Part shown: piece after piece, positions 47,636-56,834 of the stretch
How positions within the stretch are numbered: position 1 is the first letter of the stretch
Layout: every line of letters starts with the position of its first letter
Source: an uncultured Verrucomicrobiae bacterium
GTDB lineage: Bacteria > Verrucomicrobiota > Verrucomicrobiia > Limisphaerales > UBA11358
Direction: 5' to 3'
DNA length: 64,000 nucleotides
Assembly: GCA_963842445.1 (NCBI GenBank)
Contig: CAWJHF010000016.1
Span: forward strand, 8,067 to 72,066
Program-made: the position numbers and the translations under genes
The notes under the pieces: generated by a model
What the model was told of the DNA's origin: nothing
The model's input: the letters and a program-made list of their open reading frames with translations, nothing else
Database searches by the model: none

Positions 47636-47743
47636 TCAAGCGGAATAGAGCAGCGATTGGAGTTGGTTGACGGCGTTGCGGAGCTGGTCCGTGCCGCCGA
47701 ATTTACCGATGATTTCGTTTACGTTACTGAGAGATCGCGTCAT
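47636..47743 (-). pseudogene. hsdR 3'-tail remnant 3, preserved as a 35-aa mini-ORF
   Basis: MTRSLSNVNEIIGKFGGTDQLRNAVNQLQSLLYSA*. Its ATG overlaps the cupin gene stop (ATGA), and its stop lies 3 nt before the Fic ATG. Confidence 0.7.
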
Positions 47744-48114
47744 TTGACAGGACTCCTGCTTTCTTCAACCGATGACGGCCACCGGACGGTGATGACAACC
47801 GCTTTGGTGAGAGCTTCCCACCTGTGTTCTCGTTTGTCCTCCCAGACGACGAAGTTTCCGGGAGACCGCAAAACAAAAGTATCGGTTTTCCTACTGGAAC
47901 GGATTTGCACGAGAAACTCTCCGGACAAAAGTAACGTAATGGTTTTCTTTCCAGGCTGCGATTTCCAATCGCCGGATTCACCAGTTTCATGCACACCCCA
48001 TTTGATTTCGATATCGTCAGTCGCTCTCAATGAACGTTTCTTCACAAAGTGGCCGACAATCCAACCACGTGTGGGCTGACCACAGACTACTGCGTTTCCA
48101 AACTCTGGGCGCAT
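47740..48114 (-). CDS. cupin-like small protein
   Basis: PTRGWIVGHFV...DIEIKWGVH..G......TLLLSGEF....VVWEDKREHRWEALTKAVVITVRWPS resembles small single-domain cupins I have seen. Weak. Confidence 0.4.
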   Translation of the reverse strand: MRPEFGNAVVCGQPTRGWIVGHFVKKRSLRATDDIEIKWGVHETGESGDWKSQPGKKTITLLLSGEFLVQIRSSRKTDTFVLRSPGNFVVWEDKREHRWEALTKAVVITVRWPSSVEESRSPVK

Positions 48115-48115
48115 A

Positions 48116-48340
48116 CTATCGTGGGTCCCTCTGTTTTATCGGCTGTGAAGTTGTTCTCGGATTCTCGTATCCTTGGCGTATTGTTTCCAACCATCTGTCG
48201 CCTCCTCGGAGGCTTCGCCCGCCGGACGAAACAAAGAAGTCGATCCCTCCCAGAAACGATTTGTTTAGCTGCTGTTGCAACCAGAGCGCAATCGGAGCTT
48301 CCTCATGCACATGCGAAATAAACACCAAGGGCTTACTCAT
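48116..48340 (-). CDS. TIR-like domain N-terminal fragment (74 aa)
   Basis: KPLVFISHVHEEAPIALWLQQQLNKSFLGGIDFFVSS...GGDRWLETIRQ looks like the first strand, helix and strand of bacterial TIR domains. The ORF ends before the region where the catalytic Glu would lie. Confidence 0.4.
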   Translation of the reverse strand: MSKPLVFISHVHEEAPIALWLQQQLNKSFLGGIDFFVSSGGRSLRGGDRWLETIRQGYENPRTTSQPIKQRDPR

Positions 48341-48346
48341 ATCATA

Positions 48347-50725
48347 TCAGGTTGCATACAGCAGCATTTGAAGTTTGTTCACGGCGTTGCGGAGCTGGTC
48401 CGTGCCGCCGAATTTGCCGACGATTTCGTTGACGTTGCCGTGGAATGAAATCGGCGGGACTTTCAGCACATCGGGCAGGGTGAATTGGAGTTCGCCGTCG
48501 GTGGCGTATTTCTCCAGCAGGTCTTTCAGGATTTCCTGGGCTTCCAAGCTGAAGTAGCCGAAGAAAGCCGATTGCTGTCTCTTAAAGCGGTCGGCGCGCT
48601 GGCGGCGGGTGACCACGGGCGCGTTGAAGGCGAGGTGGCACAGCAGGTCGAATGGGTCGGCGTCCGGTTTGCCCACCTGCGCGGCGACTTGCTGGAAATC
48701 AATCCCGCGCTCGGCAAGCTGCTGGATGATGTCGGCGCGCTGGCCGGCGTCGGCCCAGCGGGCGCGCAAATCCTCCGGGCTGGCGCAGAGCGTCCGCACC
48801 TTCTCGGCGGTGTAGTCGGTGAGCTTGACGACGCGGAGTTGTTTGCCGTCGGAATCAAGCTCGTGGACCAGTTCGGCGGCAATTTCGACCTGTCCGCCGT
48901 CGAAGTAGTACTTTCGGCGTTCGGACGGTGGACCGTCCACGATGACGGGCGGTTGGACTTCTTCCTGAAGCTTGCCGTCGTCATCCTCGGTTTCCTCCGG
49001 CGTGATGACTTCGGTTTCTTTCACCTTGCCGTATTCGTCAATTTCCTCCTGCGTGGCGAACGCCGGATCACCGTCGAAGGTTGGGTCGGCGAAGTTGCGC
49101 GTGGCCGTGCCGGTGTAGTCGAGGATGTTGAACCAGAGCTTGCCGTAGTCGTCGCGCACGCGCGTGCCGCGCCCGATGATTTGCTTGAACTCGACCATCG
49201 AGTTGACAAGGCGCACGAGCACGACGTTGCGGCAGGTGGGCGCGTCGAGGCCGGTGGTGAGCAGTTGCGAGGTGGTCAGGATGACGGGCGTGCGCGTCTC
49301 CACGTCCTGAAACCGCTGCATGTGGCCGCGCCCGATGTCGCCTTCGTCGGCGGTGACGCGGCAGACGTAATCGGGGAATTGCTGGACGAGGTCGGTGTTC
49401 AGATTGTTGAGCGCGGTGCGCATCTCGGATGCGTGTTCCTGGTCCACGCAAAAGACGATGGTCTTGGCGAAGCGGTCGTTTTTTTTGAGGAAGTCGGTCA
49501 AGTGTTTCGCGATGATCTCCGTGCGCTTCAGTAACGCCACTTTTCGCTCGAAATCTGCCGTGGTGTATTCCCCGTCAGGGATGCGGCGACCGTAACGGTC
49601 GAGGTCGTCTTTGCTCGGGCGCCAGCCGGCAGCATCCCATTGTGTGATGATGCGGTGGACGCGATATGGCGCGAGGAAACCGTCGTCAATGCCCTGTTTG
49701 AGGCTGTAGGTGTAAATCGGGTTGCCGAAGTAGAGATAGGTGTCCTTGTTGTCCTGGCGCAACGGCGTGGCGGTCATGCCGAGTTGATAGGCGGGCTCAA
49801 AGTATTCGAGGATTTCGCGCCAGTTGGAATCTTCCTTGGCGCTACCGCGGTGGCACTCGTCCACGATGATGAGGTCGAAGAAGTCAGGCGCGAATTCTTT
49901 GTAAAGACCGGGACGACGTTCGTCCTTGGCGATGGATTGATAGGTGGCGAAATACATCTCACGGCTGAACACGGCGTTACCGCCCTCAATCTTGTGCCGG
50001 GCGTCCCCGAATGGTGCGAAGATTTTGTCCTTGGGGTCGTCCACGAGAAAGTTGCGGTCGGCGAGATACAGAATGCGTGGTTTTCTTTGGGGCTCGTTCT
50101 TCCGATTCCATTTCGAGGACCAAAGTTTCCAGCAAATTTGAAAGGCGACATCCGTCTTGCCCGTGCCGGTAGCCATCGTCAGCAACACCCGCTTCCTGCC
50201 TTGCAGAATGGCTTGCACGGCGCGGTCAATCGCGATGCACTGATAATAACGCGGTTCCCTCCCGGTAGTCAGATTGGCCGAAGTCAGCAGGCGTTGTGCG
50301 GCGGTGTCGTCCGTAAGTTTTTCCCCTGCACGAAGCCGTGACCAGAGTTCGGCCGGCGCCGGAAAGCTTCCAATCACCCGTTCTTTGCCGGTGAGGAAAT
50401 CAAACTCGACGATACCCTGGCCGTTGGTGGCATAGGCGAATTTCAGGCCGAGGATTTGGGCGTATTCCTTGGCCTGTTGCAAGCCATCCGCTGCTTTCTT
50501 GTATTGCGCCTTGGCTTCGACTACTGCCAAGGTGAAGTCGCGCGTATAGCGCAACAGGAAATCGGCGCGTTTGCCTTTGCGGCGTTCGGCCCGACTGCCA
50601 CGAACCACGATGCGTCCGGCGGTGAAATAGCGTTGCTCGGCGATGGAATGCGGGTCGTTGTCCCACCCGGCAGCTTGAAGCTTCGGCACAACGAATTTGC
50701 GGCATGTATCGGCTTCGGTTGACAT
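48347..50725 (-). CDS. hsdR: type I restriction enzyme R subunit (EcoAI/EcoEI-like, with an EcoEI_R_C-type tail)
   Basis: N-terminal nuclease region (ADFLL...VVEAK), helicase motifs MATGTGKT and DECHR, and the C-terminal tail LKVPPISFHGNVNEIVGKFGGTDQLRNAVNKLQMLLY. Confidence 0.92.
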   Translation of the reverse strand: MSTEADTCRKFVVPKLQAAGWDNDPHSIAEQRYFTAGRIVVRGSRAERRKGKRADFLLRYTRDFTLAVVEAKAQYKKAADGLQQAKEYAQILGLKFAYATNGQGIVEFDFLTGKERVIGSFPAPAELWSRLRAGEKLTDDTAAQRLLTSANLTTGREPRYYQCIAIDRAVQAILQGRKRVLLTMATGTGKTDVAFQICWKLWSSKWNRKNEPQRKPRILYLADRNFLVDDPKDKIFAPFGDARHKIEGGNAVFSREMYFATYQSIAKDERRPGLYKEFAPDFFDLIIVDECHRGSAKEDSNWREILEYFEPAYQLGMTATPLRQDNKDTYLYFGNPIYTYSLKQGIDDGFLAPYRVHRIITQWDAAGWRPSKDDLDRYGRRIPDGEYTTADFERKVALLKRTEIIAKHLTDFLKKNDRFAKTIVFCVDQEHASEMRTALNNLNTDLVQQFPDYVCRVTADEGDIGRGHMQRFQDVETRTPVILTTSQLLTTGLDAPTCRNVVLVRLVNSMVEFKQIIGRGTRVRDDYGKLWFNILDYTGTATRNFADPTFDGDPAFATQEEIDEYGKVKETEVITPEETEDDDGKLQEEVQPPVIVDGPPSERRKYYFDGGQVEIAAELVHELDSDGKQLRVVKLTDYTAEKVRTLCASPEDLRARWADAGQRADIIQQLAERGIDFQQVAAQVGKPDADPFDLLCHLAFNAPVVTRRQRADRFKRQQSAFFGYFSLEAQEILKDLLEKYATDGELQFTLPDVLKVPPISFHGNVNEIVGKFGGTDQLRNAVNKLQMLLYAT

Positions 50726-51023
50726 TCGTGATCTGGTCCCAGATCGATTCCCCGACCAAGCAGATTCAACAGCATCCTAAGCCGCGGCGGATTTTAGGCA
50801 ATGGCAAAACTTTGTGCAGAAAAGGCTTTTGCGAAGGGCGCGTCGCCGTTTTTTGGCGGCAGCATGGCAACAAGATCAAAGCGGTGTTGCAATTCCCCGA
50901 AACGCTCCGCTGAATCTCCGAACGGAAACATCACTCCCGTCGCGGAGTTCAATACACCAGCAACAATAACAGACCGGGACTTTCAGCGTCACTTGCTGGA
51001 ATTCCGGCAGTTTTGGAAACGTG

Positions 51024-51075
51024 ACATGCCCACGCCGCGAAGTTCGCGCTTTTCTTCGTTGGGAATCAGGATTAG
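51024..51075 (+). repeat. direct repeat copy B (right island boundary), 16 nt upstream of tRNA-Leu
   Basis: acatgcccacgccgcgaagttcgcgcttttcttcgttgggaatcaggattag. Both copies contain the palindrome CGCGAAGTTCGCG. Confidence 0.85.
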
Positions 51076-51091
51076 CGTTTGCCCACGAAGC

Positions 51092-51179
51092 GCCGGTGTG
51101 GCGAAATGGCAGACGCACAGGACTTAAAATCCTGGGACCATAAAAAGTCGTGTGAGTTCGAGTCTCACCACCGGCACCA
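51092..51179 (+). tRNA. tRNA-Leu (anticodon UAA), class II with long variable arm, CCA encoded
   Basis: Hand fold: acceptor GCCGGTG/CACCGGC, D arm GCG/CGC, anticodon stem CAGGA/TCCTG with loop CTTAAAA, 17-nt variable arm, T arm GTGAG-TTCGAGT-CTCAC, discriminator A, then CCA. Confidence 0.9.
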
Positions 51180-51471
51180 GCCTGCGCCCTTTGGGCTATG
51201 GCTCGGCAAGCCAACTAAATTTCGCTCGCGGCGTAGCAAGAGCGAAGGTTGCCGCGCCGTCGCGTAGCAAGGGCAGACTGTCAGAGACACACCACAAACG
51301 GACGTTGCGAGCTGCGGTTGACAGGCCAGTTCCACGATTGAACGCCTTTTGCTGGCGGTTTGTCAGACTTTCATCCTCGCCATTGGGCGCTGGAGCAACC
51401 GTGGAAATTTTACAGGAGATTCCTCCCGATTCGAGCGGGATTGCAAGCCGGGAACAACAAGCGAGTTGAAA

Positions 51472-52401
51472 ATGAATGAAACATCTGAAACCAAAGTACC
51501 AACCGGTCCAACCTCCGCCATGCCACCGCACGAACAACTGATGCGCCAGCATTTGCAGGAGGAAAATCTACCGCAGGCGGTCATGCCCACCTGCCCCATC
51601 AATAAGGTTTTAACCGGCCAGAAGGCGCTGGTCACCGGCGCCAATTCCGGCATCGGCCAGGCCGTCGCGCTGGCGCTCGCTCAGGCCGGCGCCGATGTCG
51701 TGATTAATTACGTCACACATCCTGAAGCCGCCGACGCCGTCGTGAAGGAAGCCGCCGGTTATGGCGTAAATGCTTACGCCCATCAAGCCGACATCAGCCG
51801 CGAAGATCAGGTTCAGGCGATGTTTCAGAAGATGATCCAGAAATTCGGCTCCATTGACGTTCTCGTCAACAACGCCGGCCTGCAAAAAGATTCGCCCATT
51901 GAAAACATGACGCTGGCCGACTGGCAGTTGGTCATCAACGTGAACCTGACCGGGCAGTTTCTTTGCGCCCGCGAGGCGATCCGGGAATTCAAGCGGCGCG
52001 GCATCCGTCCGGAAATTTCCTGCGCCGCCGGCAAAATCATCTGCATGAGTTCGGTGCATGAAGTCATTCCCTGGGCCGGCCACGTCAATTACGCCGCAAG
52101 CAAGGGCGGCGTGATGTTGATGATGAAAAGCATCGCGCAGGAGGTCGCGCCGTATCGCATCCGCGTGAACTCGATCTGCCCTGGTGCCATCCGCACCCCC
52201 ATCAACACGGAGGCCTGGAGCACACCGGAAGCTTACCGCCGGTTGATGAAACTGGTTCCCTACAAACGCATCGGCGAACCGAGTGACATCGGACACGCGG
52301 CCATCTGGCTGGCATCGGATTATTCGGATTACATCCACGGCGCGAGCATTTTCGTGGACGGTGGCATGACGCTGTATCCGGGATTTGAGACCGGCGGTTG
52401 A
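51472..52401 (+). CDS. short-chain dehydrogenase/reductase (glucose 1-dehydrogenase-like)
   Basis: TGANSGIGQA cofactor motif, NNAG, and the catalytic YAASKGG. Start at MNETSE (ATG 51472). Confidence 0.85.
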   Translation: MNETSETKVPTGPTSAMPPHEQLMRQHLQEENLPQAVMPTCPINKVLTGQKALVTGANSGIGQAVALALAQAGADVVINYVTHPEAADAVVKEAAGYGVNAYAHQADISREDQVQAMFQKMIQKFGSIDVLVNNAGLQKDSPIENMTLADWQLVINVNLTGQFLCAREAIREFKRRGIRPEISCAAGKIICMSSVHEVIPWAGHVNYAASKGGVMLMMKSIAQEVAPYRIRVNSICPGAIRTPINTEAWSTPEAYRRLMKLVPYKRIGEPSDIGHAAIWLASDYSDYIHGASIFVDGGMTLYPGFETGG

Positions 52402-52410
52402 AGCGAACGC

Positions 52411-55125
52411 ATGAATCCAGAAAAAGAACGCCTGATCGAAACGCAGGCCGGCGCGGCTCCCTGGCAGCTTTGGGGGCCTTATCTTTCCGAACGCCAATGG
52501 GGTACCGTGCGCGAGGATTACAGTCCCGGCGGCACCGCTTGGGAATATTTTCCGCACGACCACGCCCGCAGCCGCGCCTATCGCTGGGGCGAGGACGGCC
52601 TCGCCGGCATCAGCGACGATCAATGTCGTCTCTGCCTGTCGCTAGCTTTGTGGAATGGCAAGGACCCGATTTTGAAAGAACGGCTCTTCGGCCTGTCGAA
52701 CAGCGAAGGCAACCACGGCGAGGACGTGAAGGAGCTTTATTATTATCTCGACGCCACACCGACCCATTCCTACCTGGAGATGCTCTACAAGTATCCGCAG
52801 CGGGAATTTCCCTACGCCCGTTTGGTGGAGGAAAATCGCCGACGCGGAAAGGACCAGCCGGAATTTGAGCTGCTCGACACGGGCATCTTCGACGACGACC
52901 GCTATTTTGACGTCTTTGTCGAATACGCGAAAGCCGGGCCGGAAGACATCCTGATGCGTGTTACGGTTCACAATCGCGGGCCGGAAGAAGCGACCTTGCG
53001 GGTATTGCCGCAGCTTTGGTTTCGCAACACGTGGTCCTGGGACAATTCAGCCAAACCGAACCTTTTCCTCACGAAGAATGCAACCATTTCAGCCAAACAT
53101 GCCAAACTCGGAAATTACATGCTGCATTGCGACGGTAAACCGGAAATCTTGTTCTGCGACAATGAAACAAATTTTCCCCGTCTTTTCGATTTAAACCAGG
53201 CCGCCGGCCATTTCAAAGACGCCTTTCACGAATACATCGTCTTCGGCAACCGTTCCGCCGTTAACCTGGACCTCGAAGGCACGAAAGCCGGTGCGCATTA
53301 CATGCTGTCGATTCCACCGGGAGGTTCGCAGCAAATCCAGTTGCGCCTTATTCGGGCAGGACAAGCTTCCAGTCTGTCTCCATCTTCAAAGAATTCCAAC
53401 CAGCCTCGCCAAATAAAAAATCACAGACAGGCTGGAAACCTGTCCTGCTTTGACGATTTCGATTCCATCTTCGCCCAACGCATCCGCGAAGCCGACGAAT
53501 TTTATTCCGAGTTGCAGAAGGGTGTCCCCGACGCCGATGCGCGCCTCGTCCAGCGTCAGGCGTTCGCAGGCATGATTTGGAGCAAACAATTTTATTATTA
53601 CGACGTGCCGGAATGGTTGCGTGGTGATCCGGCCCAACCACCGCCGCCGCCCGAACGCAAGCGCGGCCGCAATTCGGACTGGAAACATCTCAACAACGCG
53701 GACGTCATTTCCATGCCGGACAAATGGGAATATCCCTGGTATGCCGCGTGGGACCTGGTGTTCCATTGCATCCCGCTCGCGCTCGTGGACGCCGCATTCG
53801 CCAAGCACCAGCTCGTGCTGCTCACCCGCGAATGGTATATGCACCCGAACGGCCAGTTGCCCGCCTACGAATGGGCGTTTGGCGACGTGAACCCGCCCGT
53901 TCACGCCTGGGCTGCGTGGCGCGTATTTCAAATTGACCGCAAACAGCGGCGCGGGAAAAACCCAAACGATCCCGGCGACATCGCGTTCCTCGAACGTGTC
54001 TATCACAAGCTGCTGCTGAACTTCACCTGGTGGGTCAACCGCAAGGACGCCCAGGGACGGAACATTTTTCAGGGCGGCTTTCTCGGCCTCGACAACATCG
54101 GCGTGTTCGACCGGAGCAAACCGCTACCCAACGGCGGTTTCATCAACCAGGCGGACGGCACGAGCTGGATGGCGATGTATTGCCTGAATCTTTTGCGCAT
54201 TGCGCTGGAACTGGCCCGGCACAACAAGGTTTACGAAGACATCGCGACCAAATTCTTCGAGCATTTCCTCAACATTGCCGCCGCCATCAACAGCGTGGAG
54301 GAAGGCGCGCTTGGCCTTTGGGACGAGCAGGATGAATTCTACTACGACCGCCTTTGCCCGCCGGATAGTGAAAGCGTGCCGCTTAAGGTGCGCTCCATGG
54401 TCGGACTGATTCCGCTCTTCGCAGTGGAAGTGCTTGAACCGGCGTTGCCAAAGGAACTGCCTGACTTTGCCGGCCGGATGGACTGGTTTCTCAACTACCG
54501 GCCTGACCTCGCGAAGCTGGTTTCGCGCTGGCGCGAATGCGGCACCGGCGACCGCCGGTTGCTCTCGCTGTTGCGCGGTCATCGTATGAAATGCCTGCTC
54601 CGCCGCGCATTGGATGAAACCGAATTTTTGAGTGACCACGGTGTGCGGGCCTTGTCCAAGGCGTATGAACACCAGCCGTATCGCCTCGATTGCGGCGGTA
54701 AAACGCACGAGGTCTGTTACTGGCCCGGCGAATCGCAGAACGGCCTGTTCGGCGGCAATTCCAACTGGCGCGGACCGGTCTGGATGCCGCTGAATTACCT
54801 GCTCATCGAATCGCTCCAAAAATTCCACCATTATTACGGCGACGATTTCAAAATTGAATGCCCGACCGGTTCCGACCAATGGCTGACGCTCAGAGGGGTC
54901 GCCAATGAACTGGCCCGCCGGCTCACGCGACTTTTTCTCAAAGGCGGAGACGGCCAGCGACCGGTGTTGAAATATCATCCTAAGCTGGCGACCGACCCGC
55001 AGTTCCGTGATTACGTACTCTTCCACGAATACTTTCACGGCGAGACCGGACGCGGCGTCGGCGCCTCGCACCAAACCGGGTGGACCGGTCTGGTTGCGAA
55101 ATTGATTCAGCCGAGAGCAGCTTAA
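52411..55125 (+). CDS. GH63-like (MGH1/glucosidase-type) glycoside hydrolase
   Basis: The N-terminus WGPYLSERQWGTVREDYS..GTAWEYFPHDHARSRAYRWGEDGLAG and an (alpha/alpha)6-like C-terminal half are typical of this ~900-aa family. Confidence 0.7.
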   Translation: MNPEKERLIETQAGAAPWQLWGPYLSERQWGTVREDYSPGGTAWEYFPHDHARSRAYRWGEDGLAGISDDQCRLCLSLALWNGKDPILKERLFGLSNSEGNHGEDVKELYYYLDATPTHSYLEMLYKYPQREFPYARLVEENRRRGKDQPEFELLDTGIFDDDRYFDVFVEYAKAGPEDILMRVTVHNRGPEEATLRVLPQLWFRNTWSWDNSAKPNLFLTKNATISAKHAKLGNYMLHCDGKPEILFCDNETNFPRLFDLNQAAGHFKDAFHEYIVFGNRSAVNLDLEGTKAGAHYMLSIPPGGSQQIQLRLIRAGQASSLSPSSKNSNQPRQIKNHRQAGNLSCFDDFDSIFAQRIREADEFYSELQKGVPDADARLVQRQAFAGMIWSKQFYYYDVPEWLRGDPAQPPPPPERKRGRNSDWKHLNNADVISMPDKWEYPWYAAWDLVFHCIPLALVDAAFAKHQLVLLTREWYMHPNGQLPAYEWAFGDVNPPVHAWAAWRVFQIDRKQRRGKNPNDPGDIAFLERVYHKLLLNFTWWVNRKDAQGRNIFQGGFLGLDNIGVFDRSKPLPNGGFINQADGTSWMAMYCLNLLRIALELARHNKVYEDIATKFFEHFLNIAAAINSVEEGALGLWDEQDEFYYDRLCPPDSESVPLKVRSMVGLIPLFAVEVLEPALPKELPDFAGRMDWFLNYRPDLAKLVSRWRECGTGDRRLLSLLRGHRMKCLLRRALDETEFLSDHGVRALSKAYEHQPYRLDCGGKTHEVCYWPGESQNGLFGGNSNWRGPVWMPLNYLLIESLQKFHHYYGDDFKIECPTGSDQWLTLRGVANELARRLTRLFLKGGDGQRPVLKYHPKLATDPQFRDYVLFHEYFHGETGRGVGASHQTGWTGLVAKLIQPRAA

Positions 55126-55211
55126 ATCGCTGGAAGTTCCTTGTCAGATTTCCCCGGCCGGAGTATTTCCCCGTCCATCCCGTCTAAATGAGAAACCCAA
55201 CCGGGCTTGAG

Positions 55212-56741
55212 ATGAACAAAACAATTATGAAAAATCTGACCTCGATTCTTTTGATGGCCGGCACGCTGGCCCCGGCCATTGCGACCGCCGAACCGACCCT
55301 AACGATTTACAACCAAAACTTTGCCGTCGTTCGCGACACCGTGCCGCTCGACCTTCAATCCGGTGTCAACTCCGTCCGTTACACCGGTGCCACGGCACAG
55401 GTGGAGCCGGACTCAGTGATTTTGCGCGACCCGAACGGCAAACATGCACTCCAAATCTTCGAACAAAATTATCGCAACGACCCGGTTTCGCAGGAATTGC
55501 TGTTGTCGCTGTTCGAGGGCAAGACGATTGACTTTGAGAGTTTCCGACCGAAAGAAAGCGTGGAGAAAACGACCGACACAAAAATTAAAGTGCCGCTCAT
55601 CTACGAAAGAAAGTCGGAGAAGGACAGCACGCAGACGCGAAAAATCATCCGAGGCAAAATCATCCGCAGCGGTTACGTTCCCGGCGGCGAAGCGCAGGAA
55701 CCCATCATCGAGGTGAGCGGCAAACTGCAGTTCAGTCTGCCCGGACAGCCGTTGTTCCCCGACCTGGGCGACGACACCGTGCTCAAGCCGACGCTCAACT
55801 GGCTGCTGCAATCCGACAAACCGGGCAAATTCGACGCCGAAGTCGGCTACGTCACCGGCGGTTTGGACTGGAGCGCCAGCTACAACCTCGTCTCGCCGGA
55901 GAAAGGCGACAACGTGGACCTCGTCGGCTGGATTACGATGAACAACAACAGCGGCAAAACGTTTGAGCAGGCCAAGATCAAACTGATGGCTGGTGACGTG
56001 AATAAAATCCAGCCGCAGAATATGCCGATGGGAGGCTTTGGGGGAAGATTCGACCGGCTGGCAATGTCTGCAGCCGCTCCCGCCGTCACGGAAAAAGCCT
56101 TCGACGAGTTTCATCTTTACAACATTGCGCGGGCAACAACGCTGCACGACCGCGAGACGAAACAGGTCGAGTTTGTCCATGCGGAAAACGTCCACGCTCC
56201 GGTGATTTATGTTTATGACGGCGCGGAAGCTGGCTACCGGTTTTATGGCTTGAACTACGACCAGGGCTACGGCACGCAATCGAACAAAAAAATCTGGGTG
56301 ATGCGCGAATTCGTGAACGCGGAGACGAATCATCTGGGTATCGCGCTGCCCAAAGGCAAGCTGCGGTTTTATCGCCGCGACGCCGACGGCCAGTTGCAGT
56401 TCGTTGGCGAGAACGAGATTGACCACACGCCGCGCAACGAGACCATCCGCGTGAAGACCGGCAATTCCTTCGATCTGGTTGGCGAACGCAAGCAGACGAA
56501 TTTCCGTGTGGACACCGGCGACAAATGGATTGACGAATCATTCGAAATCAAGCTGCGCAACCGCAAGAAGGAGCCGGTCGAAATCCGTGTCGTCGAACAC
56601 CTTTACCGCTGGAGCAGTTGGGACATCACGGCCAAATCCGACGATTTCACAAAAAAGGATTCGCAGACCATCGAGTTCCGCATCCCGGTCAAGCCCGACG
56701 AGGAACGGACGGTGACTTACACCGTGCATTATTCGTGGTGA
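55212..56741 (+). CDS. DUF4139-family secreted protein
   Basis: Signal peptide MNKTIMKNLTSILLMAGTLAPAIATA, TIYNQNFAVVRD... at the N-terminus, and a C-terminal beta-rich region typical of DUF4139. Confidence 0.6.
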   Translation: MNKTIMKNLTSILLMAGTLAPAIATAEPTLTIYNQNFAVVRDTVPLDLQSGVNSVRYTGATAQVEPDSVILRDPNGKHALQIFEQNYRNDPVSQELLLSLFEGKTIDFESFRPKESVEKTTDTKIKVPLIYERKSEKDSTQTRKIIRGKIIRSGYVPGGEAQEPIIEVSGKLQFSLPGQPLFPDLGDDTVLKPTLNWLLQSDKPGKFDAEVGYVTGGLDWSASYNLVSPEKGDNVDLVGWITMNNNSGKTFEQAKIKLMAGDVNKIQPQNMPMGGFGGRFDRLAMSAAAPAVTEKAFDEFHLYNIARATTLHDRETKQVEFVHAENVHAPVIYVYDGAEAGYRFYGLNYDQGYGTQSNKKIWVMREFVNAETNHLGIALPKGKLRFYRRDADGQLQFVGENEIDHTPRNETIRVKTGNSFDLVGERKQTNFRVDTGDKWIDESFEIKLRNRKKEPVEIRVVEHLYRWSSWDITAKSDDFTKKDSQTIEFRIPVKPDEERTVTYTVHYSW

Positions 56742-56748
56742 ATTTTTT

Positions 56749-56827
56749 GTAGGAGCCGAGGTAACGAGGCTCAATTCAAAAATGGAAATCGAAAAGTTGA
56801 TCAGAGCCTCCTCACGTCGGCTCCTAC
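56749..56827. repeat. long imperfect inverted repeat between convergent genes (possible bidirectional terminator / REP type 3)
   Basis: gtaggagccgaggtaacgaggctc (56749-56772) and gagcctcctcacgtcggctcctac (56804-56827). The arms are complementary at about 21 of 24 positions with a 31-nt spacer. Confidence 0.55.
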
Positions 56828-56834
56828 ACTCCAT

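Noticed and set aside
48116-48340. Attempt to extend the TIR-like ORF into a full domain by a +1 or -1 frameshift near 48116-48180
   Set aside because: Both alternative frames hit stops within 20-35 codons and show no TIR-like sequence, so a simple sequencing frameshift does not explain the truncation.
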